This document shows, in pieces, positions 49,215-61,100 of a stretch of 64,000 bases of DNA (position 1 is the stretch's first letter; every line of letters begins with the position of its first letter). A model generated the notes under the pieces. The model ran no database searches. It had not been told where the DNA came from and was given only the letters and a program-made list of their open reading frames with translations. This DNA comes from Takakia lepidozioides (taxonomy: Eukaryota; Plantae; Bryophyta). The stretch spans positions 61,194,001-61,258,000 of the forward strand of contig CM060731.1 of assembly GCA_030704615.1 (NCBI GenBank), given 5' to 3'. Position numbers and translations under genes: made by a program.

Positions 49215-52200
49215 ATCTTTACTTATTAAACAATTTCCTTTGAAGCACCAAATGGCCTCTCCACCTTCTTTGCAAATGTGTGTCAGCAACTATGTCGACT
49301 TCTGATTGTTGATGAAAGGACAATCACAACCCTCACCAGTGGGAAGAAGTTCACTCTAGGTAGGGGGATTTAGCAACCACTACTGAAAAATGCCTCTTAG
49401 TTTTGCATTCATTTAGAAACTACATTCATCCATGTACCATTCGTCGAACATCCTTTCATCCCCCATTCATCCATCGTTCATCCATCGTTCATCCATAACG
49501 ATGAATGACGTATGCATGATATACTTGACAGAACCTATAGTAATAGGTCCTCTAGGCTGAATAGGTGTCCGCGGTTATAGGTGAGCACATGCAAATCCGT
49601 GAGCAGAATACTGCTCACGGAATTTTCTGCTCACGGTTTAGCAGTCCCCGAATTGCGGGGAGCACGGGCTGCAGTGGGCATAGGAGGAGACACAACAACC
49701 AAGGGGGGGTCAGAGGACGGCAGGGGAGCATGGACCTTAGTAGGCAGGGGAGCAGAGATAGAAAGCAAAGGGGGTCAGAGGCCGGGTGGGGAGCAGACCC
49801 GGGAGCAGAGACGACAGACAGGGGGGGCGAAGACAATTGCCCAGACAGGGGATCAGACACATTGGGTGAGAGGTGTGAGGGCTCGGTGGAGAAGGGATCA
49901 TGCAGGTGGTTCAACATTTCATTTGCGGGCCCCAAAGTATCATCAAAATGCTGGAGGTCCAATTGCGATGACTGCAGGGCATCTGTATTCACCTGTGATA
50001 GTGGAACTGACACATTTCTGGCTAGATAATACCGGTATTGGGCATCGATTTGATCACGAGCAATCTTCATGGAGCGGACTGCCTCCACGTACTTGGATGC
50101 AGCATCCTTGTAAAATCCAAAGTCGAAGTCATGTCTACCTGCACACGAAATTCACATTCTGACTCAGAGAATGTGTGGTACAGCAGGGCAAGAAGACAAG
50201 GGAACGAGCAACCATTCAGTAAACTGGGCAGCCCCAAAAGGTGGTGAACCGGGGAATTTCTGCAGCTCAAATATGATGTGGAGGTACGAGTCGTCCTTTG
50301 ACAAGGCCGCAGTCTGACCGGCGCTCGGAGGCAGGGGCTGTGGAGGGGACTGTGCAGGTAATTCTTGTACTTGTGAGGTAGGGAAGTGCGGGTGTCCACT
50401 GGCCTTCAAGTAATTCCGGATTTTCATCAGCTCCGCCTTGATCCATCGCGAGCCTATGTCAATGTCCGCAGCCCCCAAAGACCATACTTTTGCAGCCTTC
50501 GCAATATCATTGCGTTCTTGAGCATTGGCGCGTGAAGGTGTATCTCCCTACATGAAGCAAAGAGATAACCGTGGTGATGTAAGGAACATGGTAGCAGGAA
50601 AGAAACTGAAACATGGGAGCGAGTACGGAGCAGAAGGTGCCAGACAGCAGGGGAACACACGACAGGGGGAGCAGAGCAGAGGAGTCGGGAGGAGGACGGT
50701 ACATGGGAGCAGAAACCACGAGACAGTAGGGGAGCACATAACAGGGGAGCAGAACAGATGGCCCGAGAAGAGGGGGATACAGGGGAGCGGAAAGTACCAA
50801 ACAGCGGGGGAGCAGGGCACACAGGAAACATAGGGGAGCACATAGCAGGGGAGCACAGTATCTGGCGAGGGGAAGATGACGAGACAAGGGAGCGGAAACC
50901 ACCAGACAGCAAGGGAACACACGACAGGGGAGCAGACCAGAGGAATCGGGAAGATGACGGTAGAGGGGAGCGGAAACTACAAAACACCAGGGGAGCACAT
51001 AACAGGGGAGCATAACAGATGGCCCGAGAAGAGGACGATACAGGGGAGCGAAAAGCACCAGGCAACAAGGGAACATGACAGGGGAGCAGAGCAGATGGGT
51101 CGAGAAGAGGACGGCGCAGGGGAGCGGAAACTAACAGACAGCAGGGGAGCATGCCATAACAAAACACAGGGGAGCAGAGGAAGGACAATTACCTGCGTTG
51201 CCAACCACTTCCTGTACGCAATTCCTCCACGATGGAAAATGGCACTAGATGCAGTGTGCTCTACGAAGTCCTTGAACCAACCATTATCTCCATATTTCAG
51301 GAAAGTAGGTGGCAAGAGAGTGGAGTCCACGTCCAGGAGGATGAGTGTTCCTAGCTTTGAAATGGAATCACCAAGTGTGATTGTCGAATTTGCTCCTTCA
51401 ATTTCCTCCACAATAGTTTGCACCTGCTTGCATATGAACCCAACTCCAACAACGGAACTAGGGCCGGTAGCCTCTGAGCTGGGGCCGGTACCCTGTGAGG
51501 TCGTTTGCTGTCTAGTGATCGAGCGGCCCCTCTGCTCCGCTGATGTGCTCCCCTCTGCTCCCCTCTGGGTCTTAGCAGGTCCTCTGTCTCTCACAGTTGT
51601 GCGTTCCTTCCTCTTCTGACCCGGGGGGGAAGACTCCGTTTGCTCAACATCAGAGACAGTCTGAGCTTGCGGCCTAACTGCTCCCTTCTTCCAATTCTCT
51701 GATTTCTTCTTGGCCGTGAGGTCATCTGCAGGAATGGGTCGGCGCTCCGGATTCGCACCTCGCAGCCTCAAAACAATTGCCTTGTCCTCCACGGCAGTCG
51801 GCCAGGGTTTAGCACCTTCGAGTGCAAATGGGCACCCCTCCCCGTCAACCAAATGACGATTCAAACGCATTTTGTCCCTTTTGAGCACTCCATAGAACTT
51901 GCAGAGGTAAGGATCACTTGCAGTTCCAGTGCCCTGTCCAATTGCCCTTAATTCCACTGCAGCCTCCGCTATCATCTCGACATACTCCATTGGGTCATAC
52001 TAGTAAGGGATATGGTCTCCCTTTCTGCTAACGTGCAAATATGTTCTCATTCTAGGGACTGGAGGTTCAAGCCTCTCGAAAGACTACATTTTTGATTGGG
52101 ACATGTTGAAACAAGAAGGAGAGGAGCAAACAGATGAGGAAGTAGAGGAGCAAGCAGACAAGGAAGCTGAAGAGGAGCAAACAGAGGAGTAGGGGAGAAA

Positions 52201-53369
52201 TAGGGGAGCAGCAGGATCCTACACGCAAGTAAACACGATAGCAAAACACCAGAGCAAAAGAGGAGGAAGGAGCAAAGCGCAAAACCCCAGCTGCACAGGA
52301 GAAAAAATGAGAGCAGGCGGAGGATAGAATGGAGGGGAGCAGGATGAGCGAGACGAAACAATGTGACAGGGGAGCGAATGCCAATGGGGCTTGCAAAGTG
52401 ACGGACGTGGCGTGCGAAGGGACGCGACGATAATAGAAACGTCGCCAAAGAGTAAAAGCGGCCGTTCGCACGCGCAATCGCGTCGGATAGGCCCAAACGA
52501 CATGGAAGCGTACAATGTACATATGCACATTGTATCTAAATATGATGTACGGCGGTTCGCGTTCATGAAGAGCGAAATGGGAAACGCAAAAACTGCAGGG
52601 AACATATCAGCAGAGAGATAGGGGAGCGACAAACAGGGGAGCATCTAGACAGCGGAGCGGCCTCATAAAATAGGGCTGCATTCAGGGACTACTTGAATGA
52701 CGGATAAGACCATTTTGTTGCAACCAAAACTACAATACACAACACAAGTGGAACACATGCACAAGTAGCATGCACAAGTGGAACACATTTGAAGCACATG
52801 AAGAGAACATAAATACAACAAGAATGTGTCCGAAAGAGCCATACTGACCACAATTGGATTGTTAGTCATACCAACTTGTACCTCCCACTTCAAAGACTTA
52901 GTTGTCTTACCAGGGCTTAGCTCATAATATCGGCATTCAGAAGTCCTTTAGATGCTCTATGCTTATTTCAGGTATCATCAAGGATGCCTTACTTTTCATA
53001 CCCAATCAATCAACCATACTATTGCTGGAGAAGAAGTTGCATGCAATACGGATTGAACAATAGGAACAGCATGTGATGTGCTCATGCAAAGCTTTGGGGA
53101 ACACCTGCACATGGATCTGCCATGGAATGAGAATATTTTCGCACGATAGCCACAGGATATCCCAGTACGTTTTGGCTGCAGCATCGGAAACAATCGGAAA
53201 CAATCGAAGAATCAGAGGCAAGAAAGCCATCATCATATTACGAACTCAAAGATGAAACCGTCACACGCGAAGAAGAAACCCTCGCCAGGTCTGGAAGCCG
53301 CTCTTATACCTCGGTTGTGGAACGTCGATGGAAAGTAGATGGCGGCGATTGCACGATTAAACAGGCCTA

Positions 53370-53700
53370 CACAGGGGAGCAAAGGGACAGGGGAACGAAG
53401 GAGGGGGAGCGGTGAGCGTGGTAGGGGAGGGGAGCAGAACAGGGGAGCAGAGGCACGGGGGCACAGGGGAGCGGAGACCGCCGCCCAGGGGGGGGGGGGG
53501 GTATAGGGAGCAGTGAAACAAGGGAGCACACATACAGGGGAGCGGAGAGCGACACGGGGGGGGGGCGGAGAGCGACACGGGGGGGGGGGGAAAACAGGGT
53601 CGCGGAGGCACCGGGGACCACCGTGGGGGAGCGAAACAGGGGAGCAGGGAGCGGCGGAACAGGGGAACAGAAGAACCGGGGGGTGGGGGATTTGACAGGC
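53370..53700 (-). repeat. Right subterminal GCTCCCC array of element B (inverted relative to 32300-33500)
   Basis: GGGGAGC units and poly-G runs. Confidence 0.85.
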
Positions 53701-53965
53701 GGGCTCCGGCAGCGCGCCAGAGGGCGCACGGCTCCGACGAGGGGGCCTCGGTCTCGCACGCGCGCATTCAACTCCCATCCTATGTCTAGTGTAAACCGAT
53801 GTAATGTAGCGAATTTAGTGGAAATCCATGTGATAAAACTCAAAGGAACTGAATATAATGGAGCCAAAGGAAACTCAATATAATGGAAGACATTGTGATA
53901 AAATAGAGAGAAAGTGAATATGATAGAACTGAAGGGATAAAATTTGAGGGGATAAATCTGAAGGG

Positions 53966-54134
53966 ACCTGAATATGATGACTGAATGAACTGAATATGAT
54001 GACTGAATGAACTGGATATGATGACTGAGTATGATGACTGAAGGAACTGAATTATGAACTGAACATGATGAACTGAATATGATGACTGAATGAACTGGAT
54101 ATGATGAACTGAATATGATGACTGAATATGATGA
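53966..54134. repeat. Short tandem array (TGAACTGAATATGATGAC-like units), possibly within an LTR remnant
   Basis: About 8 degenerate units. Confidence 0.75.
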
Positions 54135-55289
54135 CCGGGAGCTGGATCGGTTGACAAATTGCAAAATGCACTTGCTTCCCTGCACATATTCACTAAACCT
54201 AGAGTTTCATATCCCACACAGGTAATTCGCAAATGAGAAAAGGCCCTAGCACATGCACAATAATTTGCTGATTGCAAATCAAGGCCCTTTTCACAGGCAT
54301 TCCACAGCCCCTCCATATGAGGTGCTCTTTTGCAGCATTATTTGATGTTGAAGTCAGAACGTCACATCTGTGTTAAGCAGAGGGCTACCTGACCAGTGCT
54401 ACAGGGCACCCACGTCTGACCACATTCTTGAAGAAGTGAATGAAAAACAAAGAGCAGTTCCTGTCCCAAATGTACCAATGGCTGCTCCTCTCTGTCCATA
54501 CCTGCCAACTTCACTCACACCCACATACAATTTCTTTGTCACAATGCGGTTCAGTTTTGGCCACATAAATTTGTTAATTATCTCAGACAGGAGAGAATTA
54601 ACTCAAAGACCAAGCACCTTGGCTTCGGCCACTGACTCGCATCCCTGCCACACATTGGAGCCCTTTATGTGCTTAAAACCTTGAGATGCCTTCAGACAGC
54701 TTGCTGAGGTCACCAGATCACCATATCCTTCAACATCAATCAGAGAACAAATTCTAGATCCCAAATGTGTGAAGGTATGAGTTTGGTTTGTCTCTTTTCA
54801 AAAAAGAAAGTACGAAGGTCCACGACACATATGAGCAGATATCTTTGTAAACCCTTGACTTACCTGGCATCCTTCATGATCTTGATCCAAGATTGTACGA
54901 TGTGAGCTTGATTCCCGTGCCTCCTCCAGTATCGATGCAGAGCTCAATCCTGCTGAAGTGCACTGGGAACTCTTCTTCCCTGATTTGAAGTGGATCTAAC
55001 CCACTAATCAAAGAGCTTGTGTCCAAAAACAAGTTCTCTCCAATTGTCTGTTTGCAAGGTAAAACTCTCTGGAACATCACTGAATTTGCTGAAGAGAGAA
55101 AACCTTGGTTCCCATGATCGGCCATCCAAGGTTGCTTTACTTCCCCTAGGCATTGGTGTGTACACATGCGAAGACATCTGGATGACGGCGTTCTTGATCT
55201 TTCGAACCAATGAAGGAGTCAGAAGGGCAGCAGTTAAGGGATCAATAGCTGATCCAGAAGTGATCTCTGAGGAAGTATTCTCTGGTACA

Positions 55290-55495
55290 TCCAACTTGAG
55301 AAGGCATTTGGCCACACGTTCTGCGACCTCCACATCAATAGGAACTCTGCAGGCACCAAGCAAGGTCCACCACATTGCACCACCTGCTTCAATTGACATT
55401 TCCTGAATGAAGTCCTCGGCCTCATGCAATCGCCTTAAGAAGGTCTACCATACAGCCAAAATGTTCCACTGTGGGAGTCAGACTATGATCTTGAA
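55290..55495 (-). pseudogene. PLS-class PPR E-domain fragment
   Basis: LTPTVEHFGCMVDLL..LHEAEDFIQEM.IEAGGAMWWTLLGACRV..VEVAERVAKCLLKLD. Confidence 0.8.
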
Positions 55496-55834
55496 TCATA
55501 GAATCATAACAGTGACGCGCAGAGCACCACCGGGAAAGAAACAGCGCACAGCGGCCGAGCTCTCTGGAACCCTAAACCTATTATAGCTCAGTGGATAAGT
55601 GCAGGTTCGGGGTTCGATTCCTGCTATGTCATATGTGTATAGTTTGTTTCGTGACCTGTCGGTCTGGAAGTGACGTTTCCTCTTGTGTATGCCCAATGGC
55701 TTATGAGAAAAATAGGTTAAATCTCCTCAAGGGCCTGAATGGATGGATGGATAACAATGGGCAGATGAAAAGTCTATAGTCTATTGCGAATGGCTATTTA
55801 TTGGGGAAGGTGTTATCTTGATAGGTAGGTATTA

Positions 55835-55998
55835 AGCGGGGAAGGTACATCAGGAGAAAAGCACCTCTGCCTGGTCTCCCTTAAGGGAGGAGCCAACAAA
55901 TTACCTTGCTTAATCTATACATTATGATTGGTAGTTTGTTTGATTGGTTCCTCCCCAAGGAGAGACCACGCATTGATTGTTTTCTCCTACCTTCCCTA
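55835..55998. repeat. Fold-back / MITE-like imperfect inverted repeat
   Basis: GGGAAGGTA..GGAGAAAA..TGGTCTCCCTTAAGGGAGGAGCCAACAAATTACC pairs with GGTAGTTTGTT..GGTTCCTCCCCAAGGAGAGACCA..TTTTCTCCTACCTTCCC. Confidence 0.6.
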
Positions 55999-56139
55999 GT
56001 TAAGAGAGAGAGAAGACTCCCGCCGAAACTGGCATAAGTAAGAGCCACTTGGCCTTACGGCTACTGCCCACTTTGGGGGGTGGGCCCTATAAAGAAAACA
56101 GGGGTAGCCAAGGAGTAGTGGTACATAGGGTACCGAAGA

Positions 56140-56410
56140 GGGATTGGATTTTGTCGCTTATTGGTGATGATAGTTGTGAGGGAACGAAACGCTGTGAGGT
56201 GTATGGCTTTGAAGCATTTAGGGATAGAAGTGATGGGGAGTTTAAAGTTGTTTTGAAGTGGAGAGATGCTGACATTATGTATACCCCCGGTGCCGACAGT
56301 GATGACAATAAGCGAGACTGTGACCAAACCCCGCCGGCAAATAGCAATGATAAGTGGTGTATGTTTTTGGCGTTTTTTGAGGATGGAGGAGCTTGGAAAG
56401 CGGTCATGGC
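56140..56410 (-). mobile_element. Non-LTR retrotransposon C-terminal restriction-like endonuclease fragment (Dualen/RandI-like)
   Basis: CHDRFP..KRQKHTPLI..LIVITVGTGGIH..AIHLTAFRSLTTIITNKR. Confidence 0.5.
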
Positions 56411-57049
56411 AGTCCCAGTTAAGACTTTTTTTTTAGAGTAGACCTGTCCTTGTAAGAACCTACGTAGAAACTACCTCAACCAAATGAAGGTACGATGATT
56501 GAGCTACAACCAAGATGGGGCTCCAAGATAAAGTTAGGTGCCCTCCGGTTTGGTTTGACTTGCTTACACTTCCCTTGGTCCCAACATTGTGTCATCGCAT
56601 TTCACGCCTGCAGGAGTTTGGTCTTCGCTATGGTGGGAAGCCTAGAGATCGAGCCAGCTCTTTGTGCTTCATGAGAGAATGGCTCTTCTTCACGCACCAA
56701 TTGCATCACTCTGGGTTGTGATTCTGACATGTTCTGGACTTTTCTGGCATGTTTATAAAACAAGACTTTGGAGGTTTAATATGGCAATGCAGAGTTTCCA
56801 AGTGCGCAGCGTGGCTTTCATCACAATCTAGCCTCGATATTACTAGTGTGATATCCCCATCATGTATGGTGTATAAAACCTTCATCAGTGCATTGACATT
56901 ACAAGGCATTCAGGGGATAATAATCTCGTAGGCCCTTGATCCAAGTATCAGTTATCCACTCTCTTACTCTTGTTGTTATCGACGATATGCATACATTGTT
57001 TCAGCAAATATTCGGATCTTAGTATCGTTGATGTCGGAGCTGTGCAAGG

Positions 57050-57830
57050 AATGTCGGATGTAAGTCGTATGGGTAAATGCCAGTATGAAACCATGTCCTT
57101 CAGATTGTGCAATGTAACTTCCACTGTCCAGGGGCTCATGGACATTGTGCTTGGTAACTTGCAATGGGAATGCCCTTTAATTTACGTTGATGACTTCAAT
57201 GTTTACTCAACCAACTTCTACTCCTACTTATTAGACCTTCAGCAAGTGCTCAGTCGATTAAGGGTTGCTGGGCTGAAAGCCAAGCCCACCAAGTGCGAGT
57301 TATTCATGCTTGAACTTCACTTCCTTGGTCATTCCTTCCTGATCTTACCAAGCTTGACCCGTCTAGGGATTTCGACAAACATGCATCAAGTCATTCATGG
57401 GCCTCGCCTCTTAGTATCAAACATTTTATCAAGGACTTTGTCAAACTAGCCCACCCTCTCAATAAGCTGTTGCTCAAGGAGGCCAGGTTTGAGTGGATAC
57501 AAGTGCAACAAGCTGCATTTGATATGTTGAGGATTGCACTCACTACTGCCCATATTCTCATATTTCCTGATTTTGAGCTATCGTTTAAATTGCAAATAGA
57601 TGCTTCTGACATGACTATCTTTGCAATTTTGCGTGAGGTTGTTGACCGTGAGGTGAGATTCTGGAAATCATACCAAGAGTGGTGGCTCAATTCTTCTTTG
57701 ATGAGATTATCTTACGCCATGGGAGATCCTCACGGACCTAGGTAAGGAGTTCTATAATCAACTACTCACGATAATATGCTTCAACTTTGGTGTGAAGCAC
57801 ATGACTACAACCCCTTCTCGTCCACAGATC
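57050..57830 (+). mobile_element. Degraded Ty3/Gypsy RT-RNase H fragment
   Basis: YETMSFRLCN..LIYVDDF..GLKAKPTKC..FLGH; FKLQIDASD. Confidence 0.8.
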
Positions 57831-58167
57831 ATTCCCATCCTAAAACCATTGGACTCACCGATCATTTTTTAACCACTCTTCTCTACTGATTTCTACTGTT
57901 TCCAATCCAAAGATTTATGGCTTCAGATTGCTTCATGGCTCACAATGGGGTTTCCCCACCCCCCTCGAGGCCCAGCGGCTGTGGCTCAAGCTCCTTAGGA
58001 GAAGAAAACATAAAAGGAAAGATTCAATAGTTAAGCTTAGATAGTGTTCAGTTATAATCTACCTTGTCACGTTTGTTGTCTGTTATCTAACAATCATGAC
58101 CTACTCAAATGCTGGAACTTAGTGGACTGGGGCAGCAAGGTTCGGAGATGCAGATAGTGCAAGCTTG

Positions 58168-61100
58168 TTAACAAAAATCTTCTTTGATGTTCCAATTACG
58201 CACTCTGGGTTTGCTAGCCTCTTCTCTCCGCTTCATTGCTGCCTTGAAGCGGGCACGTTGACTAGGTGTTCCCTGCACAATCAAATCAATGTATAGAGAT
58301 AAGAGGCAGTCTTGAAGAATTTATGGATCCCTATGGCCCATGGGACATTGTGGAACAACTAAAACTCCAGCGACCGACGGGAAGACTTTGTCCTGACATT
58401 CTCAGATTTGCTTCTTGTTCTCCAAGGGCTTCTCATTTGGGCATGTCAAGGACCTCCTTCATCCTGTTTAGCTGCAAGTATGTTCTGGAAGCTTGGGCTT
58501 CTTGTGGTTGTTCTCAAAAGTGATACAGGAGGAGGATTCCTAGCAAGGCTTAAACAAGGGACCCTTTCCAACTCAATTAATAGAGAGGAAGCATACTGAC
58601 TTACCGTGGCTGTAACCCTCTTCAAATGGGATGTGGCTTTTACCGCTCATTAAAAAGAGGGAGAGAATAGAGGATAGAACCAGTAACACAGGAACTTGTT
58701 AAGACTTGCAAGCAGTGTTATGTAGGCAACCACTGAACTCTGTTAGGTCATTACTTGTTTTGGAACTCTCATTGAGATCTCTTATGTGTCCTTTGGCCTC
58801 CTGTGGATTCAGTAAGTTTTTATTTTCTCTCTCAGTGGAACCCAAACTCTCACTGATGTCTTTATGAGGATCAAAAATGCTTGGCAGCCTACCTACACGA
58901 GGCCTTCACCCTTAGACAATCGCTAGAACATTAATTGTGGTTTCTGGATTTGTTCCTCTCTCATGTTTTCTTCCATTTTGTCCCATAAGCTCTACGAGCT
59001 TTCCGCGGATGTTATAAAGCACCATTTCATTTCATTTCATTTCTCTCCATGGGATCTGGCGAAAATCCCACTCTGTTCTGTGACACCCAATCTCTCACTG
59101 AAGTCTTTCATTATGAGGATCAGAAATGCTTGGGAGCTTTTCTGCACGGAACTTTGACCCTTGAGCAGTAGATCCTTTTGGCTCCTTTCTGGCTTCGCTC
59201 TGTCTTTTATTCTTTCTTGCTTTCCCATAAGCTCTTTGAGCTTTCTGCGGATGTTATAAAGTTCCATTTCATTTCTCCACGTTCTGTCTGTTTTTCAAGG
59301 TCCATATCATCAAAACAAGCACCTTATGGACAGCATCATCGTCCACCCCTCGGGGTCGCTCCCGAAGATATGGGGTGCCTTCCAACTGCAAGAACCTGCA
59401 ATCCAGACCCCTCTCCTCACTTGTTCCTGCTGCACCATCCTTAGAGGACACTCCTGTAGAAGTTCATAAGTAGTTTGTGACCACAGTTGTATTTGGAGAA
59501 TGCAATTGGATTCAGTATGCAAACCCAACATTTCTTCCTGATGATCCATTGACACCAGCAAGTTAGTTCTGCAAAGTTCATGAAAAGAAAACTGTATCAA
59601 TCTAGTGTCAGAGAATGCAGAAGAGAACCTGGCGCGGCCACATAACCCCGAGGCCTAGCATTTGAATCTGTTGCTCTCTGATTGGCCACAAATCTTGTGA
59701 CTTGGGGAGGACTTGGTGTTGGCCATGCCCCTGGGCTGTCAAATGGGATGATATCACCTGTCCCCATTCTAAACTTTCTCAAGATTCTGCCATGTTCATC
59801 ATGCTCACCCCTCTGCAATTTTAGTAAAAGAAGGTTAGGTAGATGAAATCACATCAGCAGCTTGAGGACCACTAGACAAAATCACAAAGCCAAGTTCCTT
59901 AAATGTTCTCGAATTGTGTTGGAGAGGAAGAAAGTGAGAGAGAGAAAAGATGATGTATTTTGAGTTCTAGGGCAGGTACATTGAATTTGTTCCCCTATCA
60001 TCAAATTCTACATCTTTGTTCATGTCCACTTCTTTCTCAGACAGAAAACCCATTCAAGCTACAACCAGACCACCCATGTCCTGCACGTACCAAAGCAATA
60101 CTTGTGGAAGCTTCCCCATACACAACATGGGCATCATCATGCACATCACGGATGCAAGATCCACCAGTGTAATCTCCTCCTCTAGAAGATTGCAAAACTC
60201 TGCAGAGAAGAATTAGCTTAGATAACTTGTGAAACACACAGAGAGCTATGTAGGGATGCGGGAATATAGGAGAAAGATGAGGTGGCTGCAATAAACATGA
60301 ACATTATAATTAGCTTGTTCAGGGCCATACAGTACCTGGTGAGGTCAGCTCGGAGTGAGTTACTGAGCTGCATCAAAAGATCGCGCTCATTGGCTATGCG
60401 TGCCATATCCACCGAGGCAGCTTCAAGCTGAGCACGAAGGCCTGACTGCACTCTCTCCATCTCTGCCATCTTTGTCACTTCTCCTCTGGGACTGTTGGGA
60501 CTGCCACATCTGATCACCTGATTCTCTAATTTTAGGATGCACTGATTGTCATCTCCTAGCTTTCAATATTCGATTTTCCCTTGCGACCCATGACAGTACT
60601 CATATTTACAGTTCACCCATGCCTACAAAAAAAAAACTTCACAATGTACACCTTGAAGGATTGCATGGTCGTGAGGGTGATAGATTCGGGGATTGAGGAC
60701 GTGTTGGTGATCGACGCTGTGGAGATTGACGCCGCCGAGGTGATCGAGGAGGTGAGGGTGATGAGGGTCGTGTATTTCCAACTCGCAAGTGCTGAGGTGA
60801 CAGGGACCGCCATGGAGATTGGGGCCTAAAGTCTCCAAGCTGCGACGCCATGCCTTGGATTCTTGACTTCAAATACTCAACTTCTTCTTGCAACTTTCTG
60901 ACCCCCTCAGTCTGCTAATACAGACATCTGCTGTAAATATCACATTTCTTAAAACAAAGGATGATTGATACTGATGGGTTTCTTCTCTTTCTTGTGTCCT
61001 GCTTTCTTTTGTTCCAGATGCTAAATGAGCTTCCTGCGGATGTTATAAGTACCATTTCATCTCATTTCTTTCATTCTGTTCCATAGGAACTCTGCGTTTC

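Larger units (their letters stand above)
41396..49648 (-). mobile_element. Element A': GCM-MULE/methyltransferase DNA transposon with both ends intact
   Basis: 8-bp TSD CGAATTGC at 41388-41395 and 49649-49656; imperfect TIRs GGGAGGGCAACAAAGCCGTGAGCAGAA versus revcomp GGGACTGCTAAACCGTGAGCAGAA; inverted subterminal GTGAGCAG and GGATGAA motif arrays. Confidence 0.9.
38794..51990 (-). pseudogene. Ulp1/peptidase C48 gene of element B (unknown N-terminal domain, Pro/Ser repeats, protease domain), split by A'
   Basis: YIIPLCSR|GHWSVLVI..FVHFNSL..CPEQESCWECGYY (His/Gln/Cys motifs; catalytic Asp reads Asn). The SSDPLLLPVSAPL repeat continues on both sides of A'. Confidence 0.8.
32300..53776. mobile_element. 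Element B: large Ulp1-bearing Mutator-like element with convergent genes; left terminus lost, interrupted by A'
   Basis: MULE transposase (+) and Ulp1 gene (-) are convergent. Inverted GCTCCCC-rich subterminal arrays at 32300-33500 and ~53370-53700 share words such as CCCCGGTGCCTCYGCGACCCTGTT. Putative right end CTCCC at 53776; TSD not verifiable. Confidence 0.7.

Noticed and set aside
55582-55630. Mini tRNA-like element (TAGCTCAGTGG..GGTTCGATTCC)
   Set aside because: A-B box spacing is too short and there is no anticodon arm; could be chance or a splice-donor region.
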